Shown: positions 1-11,600 of the stretch, piece by piece
Layout of the letters: every line of letters starts with the position of its first letter
Numbering within the stretch: the first letter of the stretch is position 1
Source of the DNA: Sphagnum compactum
Lineage: Eukaryota
NCBI GenBank assembly: GCA_965153455.1
Contig: OZ234494.1
Location: forward strand, 6,076,001 to 6,140,000
Direction of reading: 5' to 3'
DNA length: 64,000 nucleotides
Notes under the pieces: generated by a model
Seen by the model: only the letters and a program-made list of their open reading frames with translations
What the model was told of the DNA's origin: nothing
The model's database searches: none
Made by a program: the position numbers and the translations under genes

Positions 1-1450
1 TTGATGCAATGTGTAAGAACTATAGTATTACACATTTGTTTATGATGCCATAGTGGCCACAGTGCAAAGGAATGGTGGAATGGTTAATAAAGATAATCAA
101 ACATGGGATTACAATTTTATTTGCCACATCTAAACATTTGTATTCTTAGGATGAACAATTGGCTAGGGTTATGTTTGGATACTGATGTGGCATCCAAGCC
201 AACACTAGATTATCTCCTTTTATGATATTAATTGGGCGTACATTGCACCTTTGAGTTAACAACTATCTACAAGCTTTGACTACTACGGTGGATGATGCTA
301 TTGATATAACAAGTATTGTAAAATAATTCATCAAGAAGATGAAACTGGTAGCAAGTATCCATGAGAATGTGTTGCTTAAGGTGGAACAAACACAAAAGAA
401 ATAGAAAAGAGCTTATGCCACGAAAAAAGGAAAACAAACATTTGAAGGATTTGTTTTGAGCATACAATGGTCAAAATGAAGAAGCTAGGGAAGAAGAAAG
501 TTTTAACATCAAGTTGGGAAGGTCCTTACCAATTTTTTCGGTATGTAGATGGGAATGGCGATTGACGCGCTCCCAAGTCCCTAGTTAGGCCCAAGATGGG
601 ACTAACTTATTCAAGTTGGGGAAAAGTGAAAGACTCGAGGCACGCTCCCAGCCTTCAACACTAAAAGGGGTAGAGGGGCATGCTAAAGCCTCGGGATGGG
701 ACTAGGAAGAGTGACAAGTTATTCACTTACTCGAACCTGCATCAAAACCAACCACAAGTTGTTTAGATCACTTTCTGGATCCACCTTGGTGCTAAGACAA
801 GCCACGGGCAACTCTGGATTCACGAGACTCACCACGGCCCGGACTCGGGGGAAGCCACCACCTTCCCCCATATAGTATTCTCTGCGTTCGCCCGCAGCAC
901 CCGCATTCGAATGGCTTTTTGTCCCAGGACTCCCAAGGAGGAGTCCCGAAATTGTCCCAGTTTGGACTCCCGGGACTTTGGAAGCTCATAGCTCCCAGCT
1001 CAGACCTCCGATTGAGATGAGTTCTAAAGCAATCTTATAGCTCTCCTCGAGAGCTTTCCAACGGTGTTGTCGCACTCTACCTGCACGCACCAAAATCAGG
1101 TCGATTCTCGACTTTGAGTGGTCGGGAGTCAAACTGGCCCTTCTTTTGCCCATAACTTATGCTGCAGATCTTCAAATGGCCCATGCAAGGCCATTTTGGA
1201 CATCTACTCTTCAAGACCTTTCCAACGATATAAAGAACATTCCAATGCGAGGTGTTTTGACCCCTGCAATCAAGCTCTGAATTTTCGGGAGTCCCGGAGG
1301 ACTCCAAGTCCCACTATTGGGAGTGTGAGTTGCATCCTCACACTTTGCCTCAAAGTGGGGTTGCGACAGCGACATTGATTTTGATGAGGGCAACAAATTA
1401 TGCATCATTCAAAATGCTGATGAACATCAATGGGAACGATCATCCTAATG
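1..1450 (+). mobile_element. Degenerate Ty3/gypsy-type integrase C-terminal relic, interrupted by a solo LTR at 563-1368
   Basis: Manual translation across stops and frameshifts gives WPQCKGMVEWLIKIIKHG...DEQLARVMFGY*CGIQANTRLSPFMILIGR...SWEGPYQF...GNGD and resumes after the LTR as IDFDEGNKLCIIQNADEHQWER. This matches the integrase-core PQ.NG.VER, SPF...GR and W.GPY motifs. Confidence 0.75.
563..1368 (-). mobile_element. Solo LTR (806 bp), same family as 1941-2846 and 52767-53641, opposite orientation
   Basis: TG...CA termini (TGACGCG...TTGCGACA); flanks GCGAT (558-562) and GCGAC (1369-1373) form a near-perfect 5-bp TSD; its reverse complement shares blocks such as TATGGGGGAAGGTGGTGGCTTCCCCCGAGTCCGG with the copy at 53328. 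Confidence 0.85.
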
Positions 1451-1549
1451 AAATTATGTGTACTTGGGATTAATATTCATAAATTAGACCATGCATCAAA
1501 TTTGAGTTTATGTCTTGTATGATGATTCACTTTTGCAAGTTTAACATCA

Positions 1550-1940
1550 TGTCATTAGTTTAAAAGTGAGGTGTAATTCATTAGCTTAAATCATTATGAG
1601 ACCTTAAAAATGAAACATGTTTATCATATCTTAATCGTTACATGGTCACTATGTATGTAATCACCATGTTTCATTACTAATGAACATAATTTATTATTAA
1701 TTGAAATAATTTGTTATAGTAATTTTTTTAATAATGTTATTTTTAAAAATATTTTAGGTTATTATATTTTAGGTTATTTTAGGCCATTCTACCCTAAGTT
1801 ATTTTAAGTTATTTTATTCTAAATTATACCCTAAAATAGATAACCTAAAATAATTGAAGATGGAAAAGCTTTGGATAACTTAAAATAAAATAACTTAGGG
1901 TGGTTCATAACCTATAATAGCCTAAAGTTTAATAATTTAA
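1550..1940 (-). mobile_element. Terminal fragment of an AT-rich dispersed element related to 19240-20797
   Basis: Reverse complement of ~1555-1615 (TTTCATTTTTAAGGTCTCATAATGATTTAAGCTAATGAATTACACCTCACTTTTAAACTAA) aligns to ~20736-20796 (TTTCACTTTTAAAATCCCATAATGATTTAGGCTAGTGAACTACACCCCACTTTTGTACTAG); both have the same GGTTATT/AATAACC low-complexity body. Confidence 0.6.
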
Positions 1941-2846
1941 TGTCATGACCCTCTCCTTAGGCTCATGACCAAGGCAAGGGCATGGAAAGGTGCAGGTTGA
2001 GAGTGCAGCTCTGGAATCACATTCACATTCCCGAAAGTGTGGGAGAATGTGAAGGAATGAACCCACACATTTCCAAATGAACTCCCATTTTGGGAATTAG
2101 AGTCGGCAATGGACTTTTGAATCTTCAAAGAACAATTTGAGGGGTCAAGACTTATTGGATTAAAACTTCTTTATACCATTAAAACTCTCTTAAAAAACGT
2201 AAATGTCTAAAATGGGCTCACGTGATCCATTTGAGTACTTACAACATAAGTTATGGTCGAAAGAAAAGTTGAGAGTCAAAATGTTAATTTGATTCTTGAC
2301 CACTAAAAGTTAAGAATCGTTTTGAATTACGTGCGTGCAGGAGGCATGCCACATATCATTAAAAAGTTCTCGATGAGGGGCTACAACTTTGCTTCAGACC
2401 CCATCTCAATCAAAGGTTTGCACAATAAATTATGGGCATCCAAAATGGCAAGAGTCCTAATTTCAGGAATTGCGGGACTTTCAACTTGGGGATCTCGGGA
2501 AAAACACCATTTAGATGTAGCCCTTGTGGCGTGTCACCAAGCATATTATAAGGGGGAAGGTGATGGCTTCCCCCAAGTTCGAGCCATGGTGAGTTGTGAA
2601 TCCATGTATGTTCGTGGCTTGTCCGTGCACTAAAAGTGTTTCAATTATGCACTAATCAACTTGTTGTTTAGTTTGTGTAGATCGATATGAATAATTGACT
2701 CATTTGGCACTCATCATATTCCCCATCCTGAAGATCCCACACGCCTTTCTTACCCCAAAAGTCTTGCGAGCCAGAGAACGTACCCCAACTTTTTTTTATT
2801 TTGTTGTTTTTACTTTGGGACTTGCATTCGAGTCTTTCAAGGAGTT
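1941..2846 (+). mobile_element. Older degenerate LTR copy of the same family
   Basis: Starts TGTCATGACCCT like TGTCACAACCCT at 52767 and is collinear with it (CCCATTTTGGGA, AAAATGGGCT, GGGGGAAGGTGATGGCTTCCCCC); 3' end eroded, no clear TSD. Confidence 0.75.
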
Positions 2847-4043
2847 GATGGGATTTTGAAACAATGTGACAACTAAGTTTTTCTTTCAAAATTGGTCCTA
2901 GGAAATAATTAGTTTTTTGTCTTGGTTTGTAGTTGTTGTAATTGTTTTCATTGTGCCAACGACTACTTAATGACAAACAATGTGTTGTAGATCGCAATGT
3001 TTTCTATAAGGGTTGATGTTGAGGCGTGATGATAAATTGAGGAAGTCCAAAATATAGTTAGATGGGCATTTAGAGTTTATGTATTTATGCATAAGTGCAA
3101 AATACTTGTTGAGCTCTCTTTGATCCATGTCATGGGTTGGGTGTTTAAATGAACATTATAAACCTTAGTTGGGGTATCCTTGGGTTGGGCAAAGTGGGAG
3201 AAATGAGAAATATATTGGGGGAGGTTCATGGATATGCATTTATATCTTGAATTTGCACCAAGATTTGCCATACTTAAGTGATTCTAATTAGATGAACTTA
3301 GTGAATGTCATTGATATTTAAGTTCAAACATAGAGTTTAAGGATTTCAGTGGTGAAGTCTCTTAGTTGGGGAGTTCAACGTTTCTTTGCATCATTGCATA
3401 ATTTGAGGATGGGTTAACAGTTCAATTGGATTGAATGAACATTAAAGGTTCTGACCTTAAGTTATACCTTTGTAGATTTGGACATTTGAATATTTCTGGA
3501 GATCTTGTAGGTGAATTATTAGTTAAACTATGTTATAGTAAATTAAAAGTAAACATCAAGTTTGTACCAATTGGAAACCAACACATCAAATTCTTGAAAC
3601 TTTCTATATCAAGTCTATAGTAGGAATAAAATGTTGGGAGTTCTAAATATGTCTCCTCTATGGTGCATATGGTTGGAGTCAACAATATTTGCACTTATGT
3701 GAATATTGTTTGTATCATGAATATTACTTGTACAAGAATTCTTTTTCATCTTTTTTTTAGTTACATAAGATCCTTCCCATTTTTAAGGAATAAGTGTGAG
3801 AACCCTATTCCTCCCATGATTCGTGATTTCCTACTGTTTAAGTTGATAATAATGTTTGCCTCATGTTTTACATGGGTAACACCCAAGGGGGCGGGGGGGC
3901 ACATTCCCCGAATAGGGGATTGGATTTAGCTACTACTTAAAATGAAATAGTAACCAAGTCCATCCCCCTATCTTGGAGTATTTGGAAGGTGTCTCATATC
4001 TAATAGTATTATGCTATTGCCTTATCTATTGGCAAAATTTCAT

Positions 4044-4082
<39 letters not shown>

Positions 4083-4769
4083 ATGAAATGATTTTGGAGG
4101 TTTTCAATAAAACTAAATATAGTTGAATTCCAGGTTTGGGTTTTAGTGTGTAACCAAAATTACAAAAGGATCATTAAAGATTTGTACTCCATATATGGTT
4201 TTTCACCAAATTTGGTTAAATCTTAAATATGATCGTCAATTTTTTCTACATTTTCTTTTATGATTGCCACTTTTTGTGGCATTAAAAAAAAATTCCTTTA
4301 ATGAGACACTAATGAATATTCGCCTAGAAAAGAAGAAGGGTCTTAAGCCTACTAGTTAACCTGAACACCGATCGCATGACTTTACACCTATAAGTAAGAA
4401 TTGTCGTACTCCTATCACCTCAAAATCTACCTATGTTTATTCTTTTAATAAAGTACATCTCATGCTTTTATATAAGGTTAAGACCCCATGGGTGAGGTGC
4501 ATTCCCAAAATGCAAGGCAAGTTTCACCTTCTAAGGTTGCCTTATGATAAGGGTACCTCCTTATCCTAGGCCCCCTTATTTTGGGAATATATCGGCAACT
4601 TGGGGCTTTATCCTACACATAATTTAAGTAAGAAACAAACATTCAATTCTTCCCATATGAGAGAAATTATCAACACTATTAGCCTACATCAAGTATTGTT
4701 GTTGACAAAATTTTGTTAAACATTTGGTTTAATTTGGTGTTGTGTGGAATTGGAAGGTGTTGGCTCGGT

Positions 4770-5000
4770 AGGTTAGGCTTGGCTTGGCTTCGGTAGGTTG
4801 GGAATTGGTAAGTTATTAGTTGGGTTGGATAGGTTGGATTTTATTAGGAAGGTAATGGTAGGCCAGGAAAGGGTTAGGTTGGGTAGATTTAGGTTAGGTA
4901 GGGTTGGGTTGGGTTGGGTTGGGTTGGGTGGGGTTGGGTTGGGTTGGGTTGGATTGGAGTGGAGTGGAGTGGAGTGGAGTGGATTGGGTTGGAGTGGACT
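4770..5000. repeat. Compound pentanucleotide microsatellite (GGGTT/AGGTT)n then (GGAGT)n upstream of the RING-PUF gene
   Basis: Directly visible runs of GGGTT and GGAGT units. Confidence 0.9.
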
Positions 5001-5637
5001 ATAAATTTTTGGGGTCCAATTGCCATTCAAACGAAATGTGGATCCACCAATGATAGGGCCTAAACCAGATGACAAAATCAGATGCCGTAATTTGGCCCCT
5101 CTTTTCTTTGAGACTGTTTGTACCTAAAACCTCTGTGCATTTTTTTTAGGGTTTCAGTTCGCTTCGCCGATTCCTTCACGCGCTTGCGTTTTTGAGGTAC
5201 CCTGCGTCTCTTTCCCTCAATTTTGAACGCGCTCTTCGCCAGTAGAAATGCTACTCCTACAATTGCAAGCCCTCTGCATGTTCGTGGCTTCAGATTGCGC
5301 CAGGAAACGCGTGGATTTTCGGTAGTCTGTAGCTCTGCAATTGTTTTCTGTCTAAGTTTGTGGCTCCGATTTTTGTAGTGGGGTGTGGGGTGAGAGCTTC
5401 TGTTTAGGGTTGGAGGAAGCTATTGTGGCGAGGAATTGCCGCTCGTCTTTAGTCTTTTTAGGGGGGGGGGGGGGGGGGGGAGAATCGATGCGTGGAATCA
5501 CAGGGGAATTTGTTGACAAGGCGAAGTTGGAGTTGGCGTTTGTTGAAGTGTGTAAGGTGGCTGGAGAGGTTCAGTGATTGGAAAGTTGAGGAACTGAGGA
5601 GACGACGTCGGGGAGTTGAGAATCGAAGAGTCAGATA

Positions 5638-5666
<29 letters not shown>

Positions 5667-5668
<2 letters not shown>

Positions 5669-8600
5669 GGCTTCGGTTTGGAAGAATCGAGGGTCTATAG
5701 ATCTTGTAACAGCGAAACCCTCTACTTCATCGACTGAGATTATTCCTGATGACGATTCTTGCGACATTTGCTGTGGAGAGGATGGGGCATGTGACGTCTA
5801 TTTCAGCCCGTGTGGCCACAAGGCCTGCGCCTCTTGTGTGCAAAGGATGCGTATCGCAAACATTTACAAGGTCATTTCAAACCCCTGTGTGTGCTTTAGA
5901 CGTGAGTGAGGAGTGAAGCTAGGGTTAGGGTTTTGGTCGTGTGTCAGTTGTCTTTAGTATCTCTTCCTCAAATAAATAACAACCATTATATGCACTGTGA
6001 TCTCCGTCTGCAACATTCCACAACTAATGAACTCAGAGAGGCGGGAAGCAATCAGTGCAAATGTGACCCTGGGACATTTTCTGTAGTTTCAGTCCTTTCT
6101 TTTCTCTAATTTTTTTACGCCTTTACCAGTCTTCAGCTTCCTGCTCAATCTTGAACTGTGGCCACACCTCCACCTGGTCACTCTGGTAGTACATCAATTA
6201 CCTCGTCATGGAGGATAAGATCTTTTGTCCATGGCAGATATAGAGGTTGGAAACAGGTGGTAAATATGTTGTTAATGTTTGTTAGGGGTTGGTTTGAATC
6301 TCCAAATGGCCACACATCTGCTTGATGGGGGGATGGATTTTTGAGCCAGAACAAAACCATGGCAGATTGCCAAAGTCCACAGAAGTTGCCTGGAGACTCT
6401 CTGTAAAATTTGTTTTCTAGCCACATGTTTCTAGTTTCTACATGACACAATAAATGGGAAAGAAGAATTAGTGAATTGAACTTTTTTGCAAGTGATTAGT
6501 GACATTCTGTTTGTGTGCTTTCCTTATTCATTTATTTTGTTAAATTCTATCTAGTCATTTTGTCTGAGGGGTCATTTGCAAGTTCTTCTAAAGGGATAGT
6601 GAATATCTGAAGTTAAAAGCCAAGTCTGCAACATTCTGTGAATGCTGACAACTTTTTACAAGATGCAAACCACTTTGAGCGGTTGTTGATAAATTTGTGA
6701 AATTGCAGATGTAGCAAATTAGTCAAATCTGGCTGATGTCTGCCAGAGGTAAAGGTGGTTATAAAGTGATTCTTTGTCTTGGACATTGTAGGCCGATAAA
6801 GGAGTGAGGTGCCCATTCTGCCGGCAAGTAATTGAGCTCTATCTTCACTCCCCTCCACCCTCTCCATCTGCTGACTCCCAACTCCCACGGGAAGCAGCCT
6901 CCTTCACTCTCCTCCTAAGTGGTTTGGATACTGGGCCAAGGGTGGTGACAGAAATCAAGAAGCCCTATGGCCGAGGTGGAATAATCTCTATTGGTGGTGG
7001 CAATGACTATATTCCACCCAAAGGAGTAACAGGGAGTGATGGTGGTGGTTTGCGGTCAAGCACTCGAATGGATGAGCTGCTTCCGGGTTATATTGTCCCT
7101 CCTTTGAAAGACACAGATGACATTGTCAGCATGGCTATGGATCGCACGGTATGCTAAAAGCAGACACAGTCTGAATAGTCCTGTTGCCAAATTATTGGCG
7201 TGGCAATATGCTTTTCAATGCTATCACATGATCAAATAGCATAAGCTGCAGGCTAACCTCAGTTGTAATCCACATGGGCTCCATCAGAAGGACAGGCACA
7301 AGCTTGAAATTTGTAGTCAATTCTGTTTGCAGGGTGCAAGGCATTTGGACTTTATGTTACGGGAGGGGTACGTAAAGCGGCATAAGGTGGCAAAGCTTTG
7401 TCGAGAAATGCTCACCCCCTATGCTGCTAAGTTGGCTGTTCATGGTGAGCATTTGTGCCTGTGCTGTGTTGGTAGCTGTATTGGAAATGCAATCTTTTGT
7501 GTTTTATTGTTGTTGTTTTATGTTGGGGTTTCATCTCCTCTCATGTATGTGGTTTTTTGTCAGCTGCAACTTCCTTGGTTGTCTCTAGGAAGCATGGCTT
7601 AAGGGTGTATTTACTTACCAGTCAACATTCTTTTAGGGTTCCTTTTTGGATGCGGTGGAGTTTTCCCCCATTTGGTCTTAGTTGTTCTGTTTATTCCATC
7701 TCAGTCAGGCATATTGCAAAAAGGTTGCATTTGAATGAGGCCTGCAAGATTTTTCAGCTACATGGTGTTTCTTCTGCAAGCTAGAAGTGATTGGGTATGA
7801 AATGAAAGTTCCACAGGCTGGCTCTGCATTGTGAGGAGTTCTGTTCATGTTTGTTGACAGCTTCTGGAAATTATGTGCTGCAACGAATGCTGGAGTATGC
7901 TTCTACTCACAGAGGAGAGGGAAGCAATGCTGAATGCTTCTTCACTGCCATAGTTCGGTCCTTTTGTCAGGAGAAAGGCCTTGTCACAGCTGCACAAGAT
8001 CACCGTGGCACTTTTTCTGTCCAAAAAATGGTCACCATCACTATCCACTCCTGCACATTTGAGAATCTGTATCTGTGCTTCAACACTTCAGCTTGGGTTT
8101 TCTCATTCAGACAATTGATCACCAATGTTGTTCTTCCTCATTCTCACTGACAGCTTTTGTTTCTGGTTAGGCTAAAACTTTTAGTTTAGTATTGCTGGTT
8201 AGATTGGGTTCTAACTTCAGATTAGAAAGAACAATTGGTTAATCACAGTAACATCATTCCCTGAATATATGCATATCCAAGGCTTCATGGTGACCCCTTG
8301 AGAATTGTCAATTGAGAAGGGTGATTTTGTGTACAGCTGGTGTCATTGAAGGGAGCAGAGGAGGCAACCCTTGTGGCTGAGTGCATACAAGGCTCAGTGG
8401 TAAGTGACTCTCTAGAGGAGTGCTTTCCTTGTTCTAGTTAATCTTGAATGGAGTGTGGGCAGAGTTTGACACAGAAGACCTCCTTCCTTTGAAGCTTGCC
8501 TGACTTTTGTTCAAGTTAATGTGTTACATGTTGACCTCACTAGAAAGTTGTCTGTGTAACTGCTCACCAACTGGTCATAAAGCAGTCTTTGGTTCCCAAG

Positions 8601-11600
8601 TGTATGCTTCATTAACCCCTTCAGAAGGTAGTAGTCACCAATATTATGATTTCCTTTTTTGGTGAACTCATGAACAAACTCATGGGGGAGGTCATTTGAA
8701 TTTGTGGACTTGAATTAGGATATTCTTTTGGGCCCATTATGGCTTATGTTGTCCTTCTGGTTTCTTAGCAACCACCTTGCTATTGACACTCACAGGAGAA
8801 TGTCAATTGATGTCTGCAGGTGACACTGGTGCTGGACCAGTATGGAGTTTATGTCCTGGAGCGGCTGGTGTGTCTTGATTCCTTAGTAGTGCGCAGTAGC
8901 ATCTTTTCACAAGAGACTATTTGATCTTTTTGAACCATTGTGTGACTCCATACACTATCTTAACTTTCTTTTCAGGTGTCTTCTTGTTCTTCTCTCTTCT
9001 GCGGTGCATCAACCTGTAGTGTGGTGGTGGTGACAGGTGGAGGCACTGATTACATCAATGAATGCAGCCCAAGGCAAGAAACCAAGAGTACCACCAAAAG
9101 TTGCATTCAAAATACTGGCCCAGATCTGTAAGGAGATACAAGCTGATACCAAGGCTTTGTCAAGTGTTGCCAAGCACCAGGTCAACATTGACACAACAAT
9201 TAGTCTGTGTGGAGTTAAGCAGTTTAACTTTTCACCTCTTTCTTGCCATTTGTGTGATGGTTGATTATTGTTTCTTTAACCTTGTTTTTGATTGATAGGT
9301 TGCAATTTCTGGTCCTTTCTTGGGTTTCTTTAATCACCTCCTCCATTTCTATTGTTTCCTTTCTTTTCTTCTGGTTCATTCTTTTACTTCTTTTTCTGGT
9401 ATTCACTTTTTCTCTGTGTTTGCTCCTCCTTCATGTCAGTTCTGCTTTGCTCTTGTCAAAGGGGGGTTTTTCAAAGGCCATTTTGTTCTGAAAAGTTCAT
9501 CATCTTGTCCCATTTCTTTCTCTTCTTCCTCTTTTCTTGTTGTTTTCCTGCTTCCTTCTCTGCTCCTTTTTCTTCTTGGTTTCTTTGGTCTTCTCCTTCT
9601 CTTTTAGCTTCTGTTTAAATAGCCAGCATCATGGCTGAGTTCTCCTATTACTGCTGGTCAGGTGACAATCAGTCAGTACATTGGTTGGTTGACAAGATTG
9701 ACCTCCACCCACTGCTGGGAGCTGATGAAATCAGTGGGGATATTATGATATTTGGTCAATACCATACATCTATGCTGTCTCTGAACATGTGTGTGACTGT
9801 TGCTGTTGTTCAGACCATTTCTTGGTTCTGGTTTTTGTGTTTTCTTTGTTCTGGTCTTTGTTGTTCTTTCTGGTTGGGTTTGCACTTTTTCCTGTTTGCT
9901 CATATGTTGTTAGATGTGAAATCTCTATGATTGGGTCATATCGGTTTGACACAGATCATATATATGGAGAAGTTCTCAGTACTTAAAGAAGATATTTGCT
10001 TGTGGGAAATGCATTCCTAGTTTTTATTGATGTGTATGCAGAGTACTAAAAACTTTGATTTTCTGTTAAAATGATACAGACTCAAGCCATGAACATGACA
10101 TCTGGAACATATGTCCTTGCCCATCAAATTGTATCTCTGGTTTCTGGAGTGATAATTTGATTGTCTACCAGTTTTAGTTGCTCGGACAGAAGTGGAGTAG
10201 GCATGGAAGATACTAACTTTGATGACTAAAGAGGTAACAGGTGAGTGGGATAATGCTGGTGGAGTGTATAAGGTGGGCGCTTCCGCAAGAGGAGGCAATG
10301 GCAGCGGCTATGGCCCTGGCCCATATGTCTAATGAACTTGCAGGCTCCAAACTGGCCAACCGAACACTACAGGGTGTTCTCAGGTTGGGCCTCACTCTAC
10401 TATTGTCATGTCTCTACTGTAAACAGTCCTGGATTTGAAGGTGCCCACATGTGGGTGATCACAATGATGGCAACTAGTTCTAGTCACCACCAATGTATGG
10501 AGAGGTACTTTCTGAAAGCAAACTGTATACTCCTGTTGGGGGTGGGGCTTTTCTTTTGCAGTCTGGAGGTAAAGGATGTGGCAGAACAGTTAATCAAGGG
10601 ACTACAAGGGCGATATGTGGAATTGGCGACTGATACAGTGAACTTTGGTTTTAAGCTAGTGCGCGCCTGTCTTGCAAGCCCTTGTGGTAATATTGCCTTG
10701 CTAGTATGATGTGTGTGTCTCTTCTATGCCTTAGCTTCATCCTTTCTCCCACTTCAATGATGTCTTTTTTCTTTTTAGTATCTCTGATGTGCTCTTGCTT
10801 TGCATCAGCAGAACATTATGCTTCCCTTATTTCTTTCTCTGTTGCTTTGTCATTTGATTACCTCTGCAGAGTACTGTTAACTATAACTGTTTGTTGTAAT
10901 CTATCCACTGGACAACCATTACACTGAGCCAAGGTAATCTGACAGGAAGCTCAGAGCATAATGTCATAGTAGTGTCCATTCTATAGTACATCACCACTGT
11001 CATTTTATATTCAAAGTGATGTTGCAGAGATTTCTCTGCAAACCTGTAGATAAGTACATCACCAGCAGTCTTAGGCCATGTACAATCATGCTCACGAAAT
11101 TTGTCTGCATGGGATTCTGGTGGGAATGAACAGTGGGAGAAAGTACAAGACTGCTTATAGTGGATGAGCTCCTTTATGCAGTTCTTCATCCTGCAGGACA
11201 CATTTCCTTGCTAGATATTTCTTCTGGCTGCGATGCTCTGGCCTTTGGGCTCTGCCTTCTTACCCAAAGGTGTGTCCTCCCCCCCTTTTCTCTCACAAGA
11301 ATGGTGGTGACAGGAGATATGGCTTGCTGTGCATCCTATGGCTGCCATCTGAGCTCACCCTGTGAATTTGTTTTACCCACTTGATAAATCTCCCCAACTT
11401 TCAGGGGATGTCTCAAGCATGTATCTGCATGTATCTATTCATCATAACTAGCATCACTGTGCCTTCAGTTGTTCTTACCATTGCTAAAGGGTGTCATATA
11501 GACATTAGATAGCTCTAATTTCTCATGCTCTCTCTATATTGCAGTCTTGGAGTGTTGCTGCCTGCCTGTTTCTTGACTTGTGTCCCTTCCAGTGGATTTG

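Noticed and set aside
792-1408. ORFs inside the LTR copies (also 2322-2633 and 52764-53435)
   Set aside because: Chance frames in a repeated non-coding LTR; frames are not preserved between copies.
2870-3930. Possible gag-like retroelement relic on the minus strand
   Set aside because: Too degenerate; no motif could be identified with confidence.
4773-5075. Pro/Asn-rich and Gly/Trp-rich ORFs
   Set aside because: Translations of the pentanucleotide microsatellite.
9224-9986. Hydrophobic, transmembrane-looking ORFs
   Set aside because: They come from T/C-rich sequence inside intron 7 of the RING-PUF gene.
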